A stretch of 64,000 nt of DNA from the human T2T-CHM13v2.0 reference genome, Homo sapiens. This document shows positions 1 to 11,500 of this stretch, piece by piece. The notes under the pieces were generated by a model. That model saw only the letters and a program-made list of their open reading frames with translations, was not told where the DNA came from and made no database searches. Every line of letters starts with the position of its first letter. Position 1 is the stretch's first letter. The stretch is taken from NCBI RefSeq assembly GCF_009914755.1, contig NC_060931.1. The stretch is one strand, 5' to 3'. The position numbers and the translations under genes were made by a program.

Positions 1-303
1 AAGAAGAGTTCTCAGTAACTTTTTTGTGTTGTGTGTATTCAACTCACAGAGTTGAACCTTGCTTTAGAGAGAGCAGATTTGAAACACTCTTGCTGTGGCA
101 TTTTCAGGTGGAGATTTCAAGCGATTTGAGGACAATTGCAGAAAAGGAAATATCTTCGTATAATAACCAGACAGAATCATTCTCAGAAAGTGCTTTGTGA
201 TGTGTGCGTTCGACTCACAGAGTTTAACCTTTCTTTTCATAGAGGAGTTTGGAAACACACTGTTTGTAAAGTCTGCAATTGGATATATGGACCTCTTTGA
301 GGC

Positions 304-320
304 CTCCGTTGGAAACGGGA
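304..320 (+). promoter_or_regulatory. Disrupted CENP-B box CTCCGTTGGAAACGGGA (TTCG>TCCG); the same variant base occurs at about 4394, 9504, 12570, 16658, 23811 and 27899
   Basis: T>C at 306 falls in the essential TTCG core. Confidence 0.85.
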
Positions 321-470
321 TTTCTTCATTGAATGCTAGACGGAAGAAATCTCAGTAAATTCTTTGTGTTGTGTGCATTCAACTCACAGAGTGGAACGTC
401 CCTTTAGACAGAGCAGATTTGAAACACTCTTTTTGCGGAATTTGCAAGTGGAGATTTCTAGCCATTTGAT

Positions 471-497
471 GCCAACAGTAGAAAGGGAAATATCTTC
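471..497 (+). other. A-type monomer A-box (pJalpha-site-equivalent) region, alternating with the CENP-B-box monomers (representative)
   Basis: GCCAACAGTAGAAAGGGAAATATCTTC lies about 170 bp from the CENP-B boxes, at the homologous position of the non-box monomer. It is diverged from the general A-monomer consensus, so protein binding is not established. Confidence 0.55.
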
Positions 498-643
498 AAA
501 TAAAAACCAGACAGAATCATTCTCAGAAAATTCTTTGTGATGTGTGCGTTCAACTCACATAGTTTAACCTTTCTTTTCATAGAGCAGTTTGGAAACACTC
601 TGTTTGTAAAGTCTGCAAGTGGATATATGGACCGCATTGAGGC

Positions 644-660
644 CTTCGTTGGAAACGGGA
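644..660 (+). promoter_or_regulatory. Canonical CENP-B box CTTCGTTGGAAACGGGA (representative; this sequence occupies two sites in most HORs)
   Basis: Exact match to the 17-bp consensus YTTCGTTGGAARCGGGA. Confidence 0.97.
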
Positions 661-983
661 TTTCTTCATTTCATGCTAGACAGAAGAATTCTCAGTAACT
701 TCTTTGTGCTGTGTGTATTCAACTCACAGAGTGGAACGTCCCTTTGCACAGAGCAGATTTGAAACACTCTTTTTGTGGAGTTTGCAAGTGGAGATTTCAA
801 GCGATTTGATGCCAACAGTAGAAAAGGAAGTATCTTCAAATAAAAACTAGACAGAATCATTCTCAGAAACTACTTTGTGATGTGTGCCTTCAACTCACAG
901 AGTTTAACCTTTCTTTTCTTAGAGCAGCTTAGAAACACTCTGCTTGTTATGTCTGCAAGTGGATATTTGGACCTCTTTGAGGC

Positions 984-1000
984 CTTCGTTGCAAACGGGG
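984..1000 (+). promoter_or_regulatory. Third CENP-B box of each HOR, variant CTTCGTTGCAAACGGGG (representative)
   Basis: Differs from consensus only at non-core positions; the 9 core bases NTTCGNNNNANNCGGGN are kept, so it is predicted to bind CENP-B. Confidence 0.85.
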
Positions 1001-2687
1001 TTTATTCCTTTAATGCTAGACTAAGAAGAGTTCTCAGTAACTTTTTTGTGTTGTGTGTATTCAACTCACAGAGTTGAACCTTGCTTTAGAGAGAGCAGAT
1101 TTGAAACACTCTTGCTGTGGCATTTTCAGGTGGAGATTTCAAACGATTTGAGGACAATTGCAGAAAAGGAAATATCTTCGTATAATAACCAGACAGAATC
1201 ATTCTCAGAAAGTGCTTTGTGATGTGTGCGTTCAACTCACAGAGTTTAACCTTTCCTTTCATAGAGGAGTTTGGAAACACACTGTTTGTAAAGTCTGCAA
1301 GTGGATATATGGACCTGTTTGAGGCCTTCGTTGGAAACGGGATTTTATCATATAATGCTAGAAGGAAGAATTCTCAGTAAATTCTTTGTGTTGTATGCAT
1401 TCAACTCACAGAGTGGAACGTCCCTTTAGACAGAGCAGATTTGAAACACTCTTTTTGCGGAATTTGCAAGTGGAGATTTCTAGCCATTTGATGCCAACAG
1501 TAGAAAGTTAAATATCTTCAAATAAAAACCAGACAGAATCATTCTCAGAAAATTCTTTGTGATGTGTGCGTTCAACTCACATAGTTTAACCTTTCTTTTC
1601 ATAGAGCAGTTTGGAAACACTCTGTTTGTAAAGTCTGCAAGTGGATATATGGACCGCATTGAGGCCTTCGTTGGAAACGGGATTTCTTCATTTCATGCTA
1701 GACAGAAGAATTCTCAGTAACTTCTTTGTGCTGTGTGTATTCAACTCACAGAGTGGAACGTCCCTTTACACAGAGCAGATTTGAAACACTCTTTTTGTGG
1801 AGTTTGCAAGTGGAGATTTCAAGCGATTTGATGCCAACAGTAGAAAATGAAATATCTTCAAATAAAAACTAGACAGAATCATTCTCAGAAACTACTTTGT
1901 GATGTGTGCCTTCAACTCACAGAGTTTAACCTTTCTTTTCTTAGAGCAGTTTAGAAACACTCTGCTTGTTATGTCTGCAAGTGGATATTTGGACCTCTTT
2001 GAGGCCTTCGTTGCAAACGGGGTTTCTTCCTTTAATGCTAGACTAAGAAGAGTTCTCAGTAACTTTTTTGTGTTGTGTGTATTCAACTCACAGAGTTGAA
2101 CCTTGCTTTAGAGAGAGCAGATTTGAAACACTCTCGCTGTGGAATTTTCAGGTGGAGATTTCAAGCGATTTGAGGACAATTGCAGAAAAGGAAATATCTT
2201 CGTATAATAACCAGACAGAATCATTCTCAGAAAGTGCTTTGTGATGTGTGCGTTCAACTCACAGAGTTTAACCTTTCTTTTCATAGAGGAGTTTGGAAAC
2301 ACACTGTTTGTAAAGTCTGCAATTGGATATATGGACCTGTTTGAGGCCTTCGTTGGAAACGGGATTTCTTCATTGAATGCTAGGCGGAAGAATTCTCAGT
2401 AAATTCTTTGTGTTGTGTGCATTCAACTCACAGAGTGGAACGTCCCTTTAGACAGAGCAGATTTGAAACACTCTTTTTGCGGAATTTGCAAGTGGAGATT
2501 TCTAGCCATTTGATGCCAACAGTAGAAAGGGAAATATCTTCAAATAAAAACCAGACAGAATCATTCTCAGAAAATTCTTTGTGATGTGTGCGTTCAACTC
2601 ACATAGTTTAACCTTTCTTTTCATAGAGCAGTTTGGAAACACTCTGTTTGTAAAGTCTGCAAGTGGATATATGGACCGCATTGAGGC

Positions 2688-2704
2688 CTTCGTTGGAAAT
2701 GGGA
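2688..2704 (+). promoter_or_regulatory. Disrupted CENP-B box CTTCGTTGGAAATGGGA (CGGG>TGGG); the same variant base occurs at about 14964 and 26205
   Basis: C>T at 2700 removes the second core CpG. Confidence 0.85.
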
Positions 2705-4569
2705 TTTCTTCATTTCATGCTAGACAGAAGAATTCTCAGTAACTTCTTTGTGCTGTGTGTATTCAACTCACAGAGTGGAACGTCCCTTTGCACAGAGCAG
2801 ATTTGAAACACTCTTTTTGTGGAGTTTGCAAGTGGAGATTTCAAGCGATTTGATGCCAACAGTAGAAAAGGAAATATCTTCAAATAAAAACTAGACAGAA
2901 TCATTCTCAGAAACTACTTTGTGATGTGTGCCTTCAACTCACAGAGTTTAACCTTTCTTTTCTTAGAGCAGTTTAGAAACACTCTGCTTGTTATGTCTGC
3001 AAGTGGATATTTGGACCTCTTTGAGGCCTTCGTTGCAAACGGGGTTTCTTCCTTTCATGCTAGACTAAGAAGAGTTCTCAGTAACTTTTTTGTGTTGTGT
3101 GTATTCAACTCACAGAGTTGAACCTTGCTTTAGAGAGAGCAGATTTGAAACACTCTTGCTGTGGCATTTTCAGGTGGAGATTTCAAGCGATTTGAGGACA
3201 ATTGCAGAAAAGGAAATATCTTCGTATAATAACCAGACAGAATCATTCTCAGAAAGTGCTTTGTGATGTGTGCGTTCAACTCACAGAGTTTAACCTTTCT
3301 TTTCATAGAGGAGTTTGGAAACACACTGTTTGTAAAGTCTGCAATTGGATATATGGACCTGTTTGAGGCCTTCGTTGGAAACGGGATTTCTTCATTGAAT
3401 GCTAGACGGAAGAATTCTCAGTAAATTCTTTGTGTTGTGTGCATTCAACTCACAGAGTGGAACGTCCCTTTAGACAGAGCAGATTTGAAACACTCTTTTT
3501 GCGGAATTTGCAAGTGGAGATTTCTAGCCATTTGATGCCAACAGTAGAAAGGGAAATATCTTCAAATAAAAACCAGACAGAATCATTCTCAGAAAATTCT
3601 TTGTGATGTGTGCGTTCAACTCACATAGTTTAACCTTTCTTTTCCTAGAGCAGTTTGGAAACACTCTGTTTGTAAAGTCTGCAAGTGGATATATGGACCG
3701 CATTGAGGCCTTCGTTGGAAACGGGATTTCTTCATTTCATGCTAGACAGAAGAATTCTCAGTAACTTCTTTGTGCTGTGTGTATTCAACTCACAGAGTGG
3801 AACGTCCCTTTACACAGAGCAGATTTGAAACACTCTTTTTGTGGAGTTTGCAAGTGGAGATTTCAAGCGATTTGATGCCAACAGTAGAAAAGGAAATATC
3901 TTCAAATAAAAACTAGACAGAATCATTCTCAGAAACTACTTTGTGATGTGTGCCTTCAACTCACAGAGTTTAACCTTTCTTTTCTTAGAGCAGTTTAGAA
4001 ACACTCTGCTTGTTATGTCTGCAAGTGGATATTTGGACCTCTTTGAGGCCTTCGTTGCAAACGGGGTTTCTTCCTTTAATGCTAGACTAAGAAGAGTTCT
4101 CAGTAACTTTTTTGTGTTGTGTGTATTCAACTCACAGAGTTGAACCTTGCTTTAGAGAGAGCAGATTTGAAACACTCTCGCTGTGGAATTTTCAGGTGGA
4201 GATTACAAGCGATTTGAGGACAATTGCAGAAAAGGAAATATCTTCGTATAATAAACAGACAGAATCATTCTCAGAAAGTGCTTTGTGATGTGTGCGTTCA
4301 ACTCACAGAGTTTAACCATTCTTTTCATAGAGGAGCTTGGAAACACACTGTTTGTAAAGTCTGCAATTGGATATATGGACCTGTTTGAGGCCTCCGTTGG
4401 AAACGGGATTTCTTCATTGAATGCTAGACGGAAGAATTCTCAGTAAATTCTTTGTGTTGTGTGCATTGAACTCACAGAGTGGAACGTCCCTTTAGACAGA
4501 GCAGATTTGAAACACTCTTTTTGCGGAATTTGCAAGTGGAGATTTCTAGCCATTTGATGTCAACAGTAG

Positions 4570-7500
4570 AAAGGGAAATATCTTCAAATAAAAACCAGAC
4601 AGAATCATTCTCAGAAAATTCTTTGTGATGTGTGCGTTCAACTCACATAGTTTAACCTTTCTTTTCATAGAGCAGTTTGGAAACACTCTGTTTGTAAAGT
4701 CTGCAAGTGGATATATGGACCGCATTGAGGCCTTCGTTGGAAACGGGATTTCTTCATTTCATGCTAGACAGAAGAATTCTCAGTAACTTCTTTGTGCTGT
4801 GTGTATTCAACTCACAGAGTGGAACGTCCCTTTGCACAGAGCAGATTTGAAACACTCTTTTTGTGGAGTTTGCAAGTGGAGATTTCAAGCGATTTGATGC
4901 CAACAGTAGAAAAGGAAATATCTTCAAATAAAAACTAGACAGAATCATTCTCAGAAACTACTTTGTGATGTGTGCCTTCAACTCACAGAGTTTAACCTTT
5001 CTTTTCTTAGAGCAGTTTAGAAACACTCTGCTTGTTATGTCTGCAAGTGGATATTTGGACCTCTTTGAGGCCTTCGTTGCAAACGGGGTTTCTTCCTTTC
5101 ATGCTAGACTAAGAAGAGTTCTCAGTAACTTTTTTGTGTTGTGTGTATTCAACTCACAGAGTTGAACCTTGCTTTAGAGAGAGCAGATTTGAAACACTCT
5201 TGCTGTGGCATTTTCAGGTGGAGATTTCAAGCGATTTGAGGACAATTGCAGAAAAGGAAATATCTTCGTATAATAACCAGACAGAATCATTCTCAGAAAG
5301 TGCTTTGTGATGTGTGCGTTCAACTCACAGAGTTTAACCTTTCTTTTCATAGAGGAGTTTGGAAACACACTGTTTGTAAAGACTGCAAGTGGATATATGG
5401 ACCTGTTTGAGGCCTTCGTTGGAAACGGGATTTCTTCATTGAATGCTAGACGGAAGAATTCTCAGTAAATTCTTTGTGTTGTGTGCATTCAACTCACAGA
5501 GTGGAACGTCCCTTTAGACAGAGCAGATTTGAAACACTCTTTTTGCGGAATTTGCAAGTGGAGATTTCTAGCCATTTGATGCCAACAGTAGAAAGGGAAA
5601 TATCTTCAAATAAAAACCAGACAGAATCATTCTCAGAAAATTCTTTGTGATGTGTGCGTTCAACTCACATAGTTTAACCTTTCTTTTCATAGAGCAGTTT
5701 GGAAACACTCTGTTTGTAAAGTCTGCAAGTGGATATATGGACCGCATTGAGGCCTTCGTTGGAAACGGGATTTCTTCATTTCATGCTAGACAGAAGAATT
5801 CTCAGTAACTTCTTTGTGCTGTGTGTATTCAACTCACAGAGTGCAACGTCCCTTTACACAGAGCAGATTTGAAACACTCTTTTTGTGGAGTTTGCAAGTG
5901 GAGATTTCAAGCGATTTTATGCCAACAGTAGAAAAGGAAATATCTTCAAATAAAAACTAGACAGAATCATTCTCAGAAACTACTTTGTGATGTGTGCCTT
6001 CAACTCACAGAGTTTAACCTTTCTTTTCTTAGAGCAGCTTAGAAACACTCTGCTTGTTATGTCTGCAAGTGGATATTTGGACCTCTTTGAGGCCTTCGTT
6101 GCAAACGGGGTTTCTTCCTTTAATGCTAGACTAAGAAGAGTTCTCAGTAACTTTTTTGTGTTGTGTGTATTCAACTCACAGAGTTGAACCTTGCTTTAGA
6201 GAGAGCAGATTTGAAACACTCTCGCTGTGGCATTATCAGGTGGAGATTTCAAACGATTTGAGGACAATTGCAGAAAAGGAAATATCTTCGTATAATAACC
6301 AGACAGAATCATTCTCAGAAAGTGCTTTGTGATGTGTGCGTTCAACTCACAGAGTTTAACCTTTCTTTTCATAGAGGAGTTTGGAAACACACTGTTTGTA
6401 AAGTCTGCAATTGGATATATGGACCTGTTTGAGGCCTTCGTTGGAAACGGGATTTCTTCATTGAATGCTAGACGGAAGAAATCTCAGTAAATTCTTTGTG
6501 TTGTGTGCATTCAACTCACAGAGTGGAACGTCCCTTTAGACAGAGCAGATTTGAAACACTCTTTTTGCGGAATTTGCAAGTGGAGATTTCTAGCCATTTG
6601 ATGCCAACAGTAGAAAGGGAAATATCTTCAAATAAAAACCAGACAGAATCATTCTCAGAAAATTCTTTGTGATGTGTGCGTTCAACTCACATAGTTTAAC
6701 CTTTCTTTTCATAGAGCAGTTTGGAAACACTCTGTTTGTAAAGTCTGCAAGTGGATATATGGACCGCATTGAGGCCTTCGTTGGAAACGGGATTTCTTCA
6801 TTTCATGCTAGACAGAAGAATTCTCAGTAACTTCTTTGTGCTGTGTGTATTCAACTCACAGAGTGGAACGTCCCTTTGCACAGAGCAGATTTGAAACACT
6901 CTTTTTGTGGAGTTTGCAAGTGGAGATTTCAAGCGATTTGATGCCAACAGTAGAAAAGGAAATATCTTCAAATAAAAACTAGACAGAATCATTCTCAGAA
7001 ACTACTTTGTGATGTGTGCCTTCAACTCACAGAGTTTCACCTTTCTTTTCTTAGAGCAGTTTAGAAACACTCTGCTTGTTATGTCTGCAAGTGGATATTT
7101 GGACCTCTTTGAGGCCTTCGTTGCAAACGGGGTTTCTTCCTTTCATGCTAGACTAAGAAGAGTTCTCAGTAACTTTTTTGTGTTGTGTGTATTCAACTCA
7201 CAGAGTTGAACCTTGCTTTAGAGAGAGCAGATTTGAAACACTCTTGCTGTGGCATTTTCAGGTGGAGATTTCAAGCGATTTGAGGACAATTGCAGAAAAG
7301 GAAATATCTTCGTATAATAACCAGACAGAATCATTCTCAGAAAGTGCTTTGTGATGTGTGCGTTCAACTCACAGAGTTTAACCTTTCTTTTCATAGAGGA
7401 GTTTGGAAACACACTGTTTGTAAAGACTGCAAGTGGATATATGGACCTGTTTGAGGCCTTCGTTGGAAACGGGATTTCTTCATTGAATGCTAGACGGAAG

Positions 7501-8520
7501 AATTCTCAGTAAATTCTTTGTGTTGTGTGCATTCAACTCACAGAGTGGAACGTCCCTTTAGACAGAGCAGATTTGAAACACTCTTTTTGCGGAATTTGCA
7601 AGTGGAGATTTCTAGCCATTTGATGCCAACAGTAGAAAGGGAAATATCTTCAAATAAAAACCAGACAGAATCATTCTCAGAAAATTCTTTGTGATGTGTG
7701 CGTTCAACTCACATAGTTTAACCTTTCTTTTCATAGAGCAGTTTGGAAACACTCTGTTTGTAAAGTCTGCAAGTGGATATATGGACCGCATTGAGGCCTT
7801 CGTTGGAAACGGGATTTCTTCATTTCATGCTAGACAGAAGAATTCTCAGTAACTTCTTTGTGCTGTGTGTATTCAACTCACAGAGTGCAACGTCCCTTTA
7901 CACAGAGCAGATTTGAAACACTCTTTTTGTGGAGTTTGCAAGTGGAGATTTCAAGCGATTTTATGCCAACAGTAGAAAAGGAAATATCTTCAAATAAAAA
8001 CTAGACAGAATCATTCTCAGAAACTACTTTGTGATGTGTGCCTTCAACTCACAGAGTTTAACCTTTCTTTTCTTAGAGCAGCTTAGAAACACTCTGCTTG
8101 TTATGTCTGCAAGTGGATATTTGGACCTCTTTGAGGCCTTCGTTGCAAACGGGGTTTCTTCCTTTAATGCTAGACTAAGAAGAGTTCTCAGTAACTTTTT
8201 TGTGTTGTGTGTATTCAACTCACAGAGTTGAACCTTGCTTTAGAGAGAGCAGATTTGAAACACTCTCGCTGTGGCATTATCAGGTGGAGATTTCAAACGA
8301 TTTGAGGACAATTGCAGAAAAGGAAATATCTTCGTATAATAACCAGACAGAATCATTCTCAGAAAGTGCTTTGTGATGTGTGCGTTCAACTCACAGAGTT
8401 TAACCTTTCTTTTCATAGAGGAGTTTGGAAACACACTGTTTGTAAAGTCTGCAATTGGATATATGGACCTGTTTGAGGCCTTCGTTGGAAACGGGATTTC
8501 TTCATTGAATGCTAGACGGA
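4570..8520 (+). repeat. Tandem 2-HOR duplication (period 2044 bp)
   Basis: Shared rare variants: AAAGACTGC 5382/7426, GTGCAACG about 5844/7888, GATTTTATG about 5917/7961, and GGCATTATC (PPDN ORFs at 6196/8240). Ends are approximate. Confidence 0.8.
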
Positions 8521-11500
8521 AGGATTCTCAGTAAATTCTTTGTGTTGTGTGCATTCAACTCACAGAGTGGAACGTCCCTTTAGACAGAGCAGATTTGAAA
8601 CACTCTTTTTGCGGAATTTGCAAGTGGAGATTTCTAGCCATTTGATGCCAACAGTAGAAAGGGAAATATCTTCAAATAAAAACCAGACAGAATCATTCTC
8701 AGAAAATTCTTTGTGATGTGTGCGTTCAACTCACATAGTTTAACCTTTCTTTTCATAGAGCAGTTTGGAAACACTCTGTTTGTAAAGTCTGCAAGTGGAT
8801 ATATGGACCGCATTGAGGCCTTCGTTGGAAACGGGATTTCTTCATTTCATACTAGACAGAAGAATTCTCAGTAACTTCTTTGTGCTGTGTGTATTCAACT
8901 CACAGAGTGGAACGTCCCTTTGCACAGAGCAGATTTGAAACACTCTTTTTGTGGAGTTTGCAAGTGGAGATTTCAAGCGATTTGATGCCAACAGTAGAAA
9001 AGGAAATATCTTCAAATAAAAACTAGACAGAATCATTCTCAGAAACTACTTTGTGATGTGTGCCTTTAACTCACAGAGTTTAACCTTTCTTTTCTTAGAG
9101 CAGTTTAGAAACACTCTGCTTGTTATGTCTGCAAGTGGATATTTGGACCTCTTTGAGGCCTTCGTTGCAAACGGGGTTTCTTCCTTTAATGCTAGACTAA
9201 GAAGAGTTCTCAGTAACTTTTTTGTGTTGTGTGTATTCAACTCACAGAGTTGAACCTTGCTTTAGAGAGAGCAGATTTAAAACACTCTTGCTGTGGCATT
9301 TTCAGGTGGAGATTTCAAGCGATTTGAGGACAATTGCAGAAAAGGAAATATCTTCGTATAATAACCAGACAGAATCATTCTCAGAAAGTGCTTTGTGATG
9401 TGTGCGTTCGACTCACAGAGTTTAACCTTTCTTTTCATAGAGGAGTTTGGAAACACACTGTTTGTAAAGTCTGCAATTGGATATATGGACCTGTTTGAGG
9501 CCTCCGTTGGAAACGGGATTTCTTCATTGAATGCTAGACGGAAGAAATCTCAGTAAATTCTTTGTGTTGTGTGCATTCAACTCACAGAGTGGAACGTCCC
9601 TTTAGACAGAGCAGATTTGAAACACTCTTTTTGCGGAATTTGCAAGTGGAGATTTCTAGCCATTTGATGCCAACAGTAGAAAGGGAAATATCTTCAAATA
9701 AAAACCAGACAGAATCATTCTCAGAAAATTCTTTGTGATGTGTGCGTTCAACTCACATAGTTTAACCTTTCTTTTCATAGAGCAGTTTGGAAACACTCTG
9801 TTTGTAAAGTCTGCAAGTGGATATATGGACCGCATTGAGGCCTTCGTTGGAAACGGGATTTCTTCATTTCATGCTAGACAGAAGAATTCTCAGTAACTTC
9901 TTTGTGCTGTGTGTATTCAACTCACAGAGTGGAACGTCCCTTTGCACAGAGCAGATTTGAAACACTCTTTTTGTGGAGTTTGCAAGTGGAGATTTCAAGC
10001 GATTTGATGCCAACAGTAGAAAAGGAAGTATCTTCAAATAAAAACTAGACAGAATCATTCTCAGAAACTACTTTGTGATGTGTGCCTTCAACTCACAGAG
10101 TTTAACCTTTCTTTTCTTAGAGCAGCTTAGAAACACTCTGCTTGTTATGTCTGCAAGTGGATATTTGGACCTCTTTGAGGCCTTCGTTGCAAACGGGGTT
10201 TCTTCCTTTCATGCTAGACTAAGAAGAGTTCTCAGTAACTTTTTTGTGTTGTGTGTATTCAACTCACAGAGTTGAACCTTGCTTTAGAGAGAGCAGATTT
10301 GAAACACTCTTGCTGTGGCATTTTCAGGTGGAGATTTCAAACGATTTGAGGACAATTGCAGAAAAGGAAATATCTTCGTATAATAACCAGACAGAATCAT
10401 TCTCAGAAAGTGCTTTGTGATGTGTGCGTTCAACTCACAGAGTTTAACCTTTCCTTTCATAGAGGAGTTTGGAAACACACTGTTTGTAAAGTCTGCAAGT
10501 GGATATATGGACCTGTTTGAGGCCTTCGTTGGAAACGGGATTTTATCATATAATGCTAGACGGAAGAATTCTCAGTAAATTCTTTGTGTTGTATGCATTC
10601 AACTCACAGAGTGGAACGTCCCTTTAGATAGAGCAGATTTGAAACACTCTTTTTGCGGAATTTGCAAGTGGAGATTTCTAGCCATTTGATGCCAACAGTA
10701 GAAAGTTAAATATCTTCAAATAAAAACCAGACAGAATCATTCTCAGAAAATTCTTTGTGATGTGTGCGTTCAACTCACATAGTTTAACCTTTCTTTTCAT
10801 AGAGCAGTTTGGAAACACTCTGTTTGTAAAGTCTGCAAGTGGATATATGGACCGCATTGAGGCCTTCGTTGGAAACGGGATTTCTTCATTTCATGCTAGA
10901 CAGAAGAATTCTCAGTAACTTCTTTGTGCTGTGTGTATTCAACTCACAGAGTGGAACGTCCCTTTACACAGAGCAGATTTGAAACACTCTTTTTGTGGAG
11001 TTTGCAAGTGGAGATTTCAAGCGATTTGATGCCAACAGTAGAAAAGGAAATATCTTCAAATAAAAACTAGACAGAATCATTCTCAGAAACTACTTTGTGA
11101 TGTGTGCCTTCAACTCACAGAGTTTAACCTTTCTTTTCTTAGAGCAGTTTAGAAACACTCTGCTTGTTATGTCTGCAAGTGGATATTTGGACCTCTTTGA
11201 GGCCTTCGTTGCAAACGGGGTTTCTTCCTTTAATGCTAGACTAAGAAGAGTTCTCAGTAACTTTTTTGTGTTGTGTGTATTCAACTCACAGAGTTGAACC
11301 TTGCTTTAGAGAGAGCAGATTTGAAACACTCTCGCTGTGGAATTTTCAGGTGGAGATTTCAAGCGATTTGAGGACAATTGCAGAAAAGGAAATATCTTCG
11401 TATAATAACCAGACAGAATCATTCTCAGAAAGTGCTTTGTGATGTGTGCGTTCAACTCACAGAGTTTAACCTTTCTTTTCATAGAGGAGTTTGGAAACAC

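Larger units (their letters stand above)
1..1022 (+). repeat. Representative HOR unit (HOR1): three A/B dimers, six monomers
   Basis: The opening AAGAAGAGTTCTCAGTAAC recurs at 1023. CENP-B box positions 304, 644, 984 and 1326 give spacings of 340, 340 and 342 bp. Confidence 0.95.

Noticed and set aside
1350-1357. TATAAT and TATA-like hexamers (here and in CGTATAATAA of every HOR)
   Set aside because: They are expected by chance in AT-rich satellite. There is no promoter context, and bacterial -10 logic does not apply.
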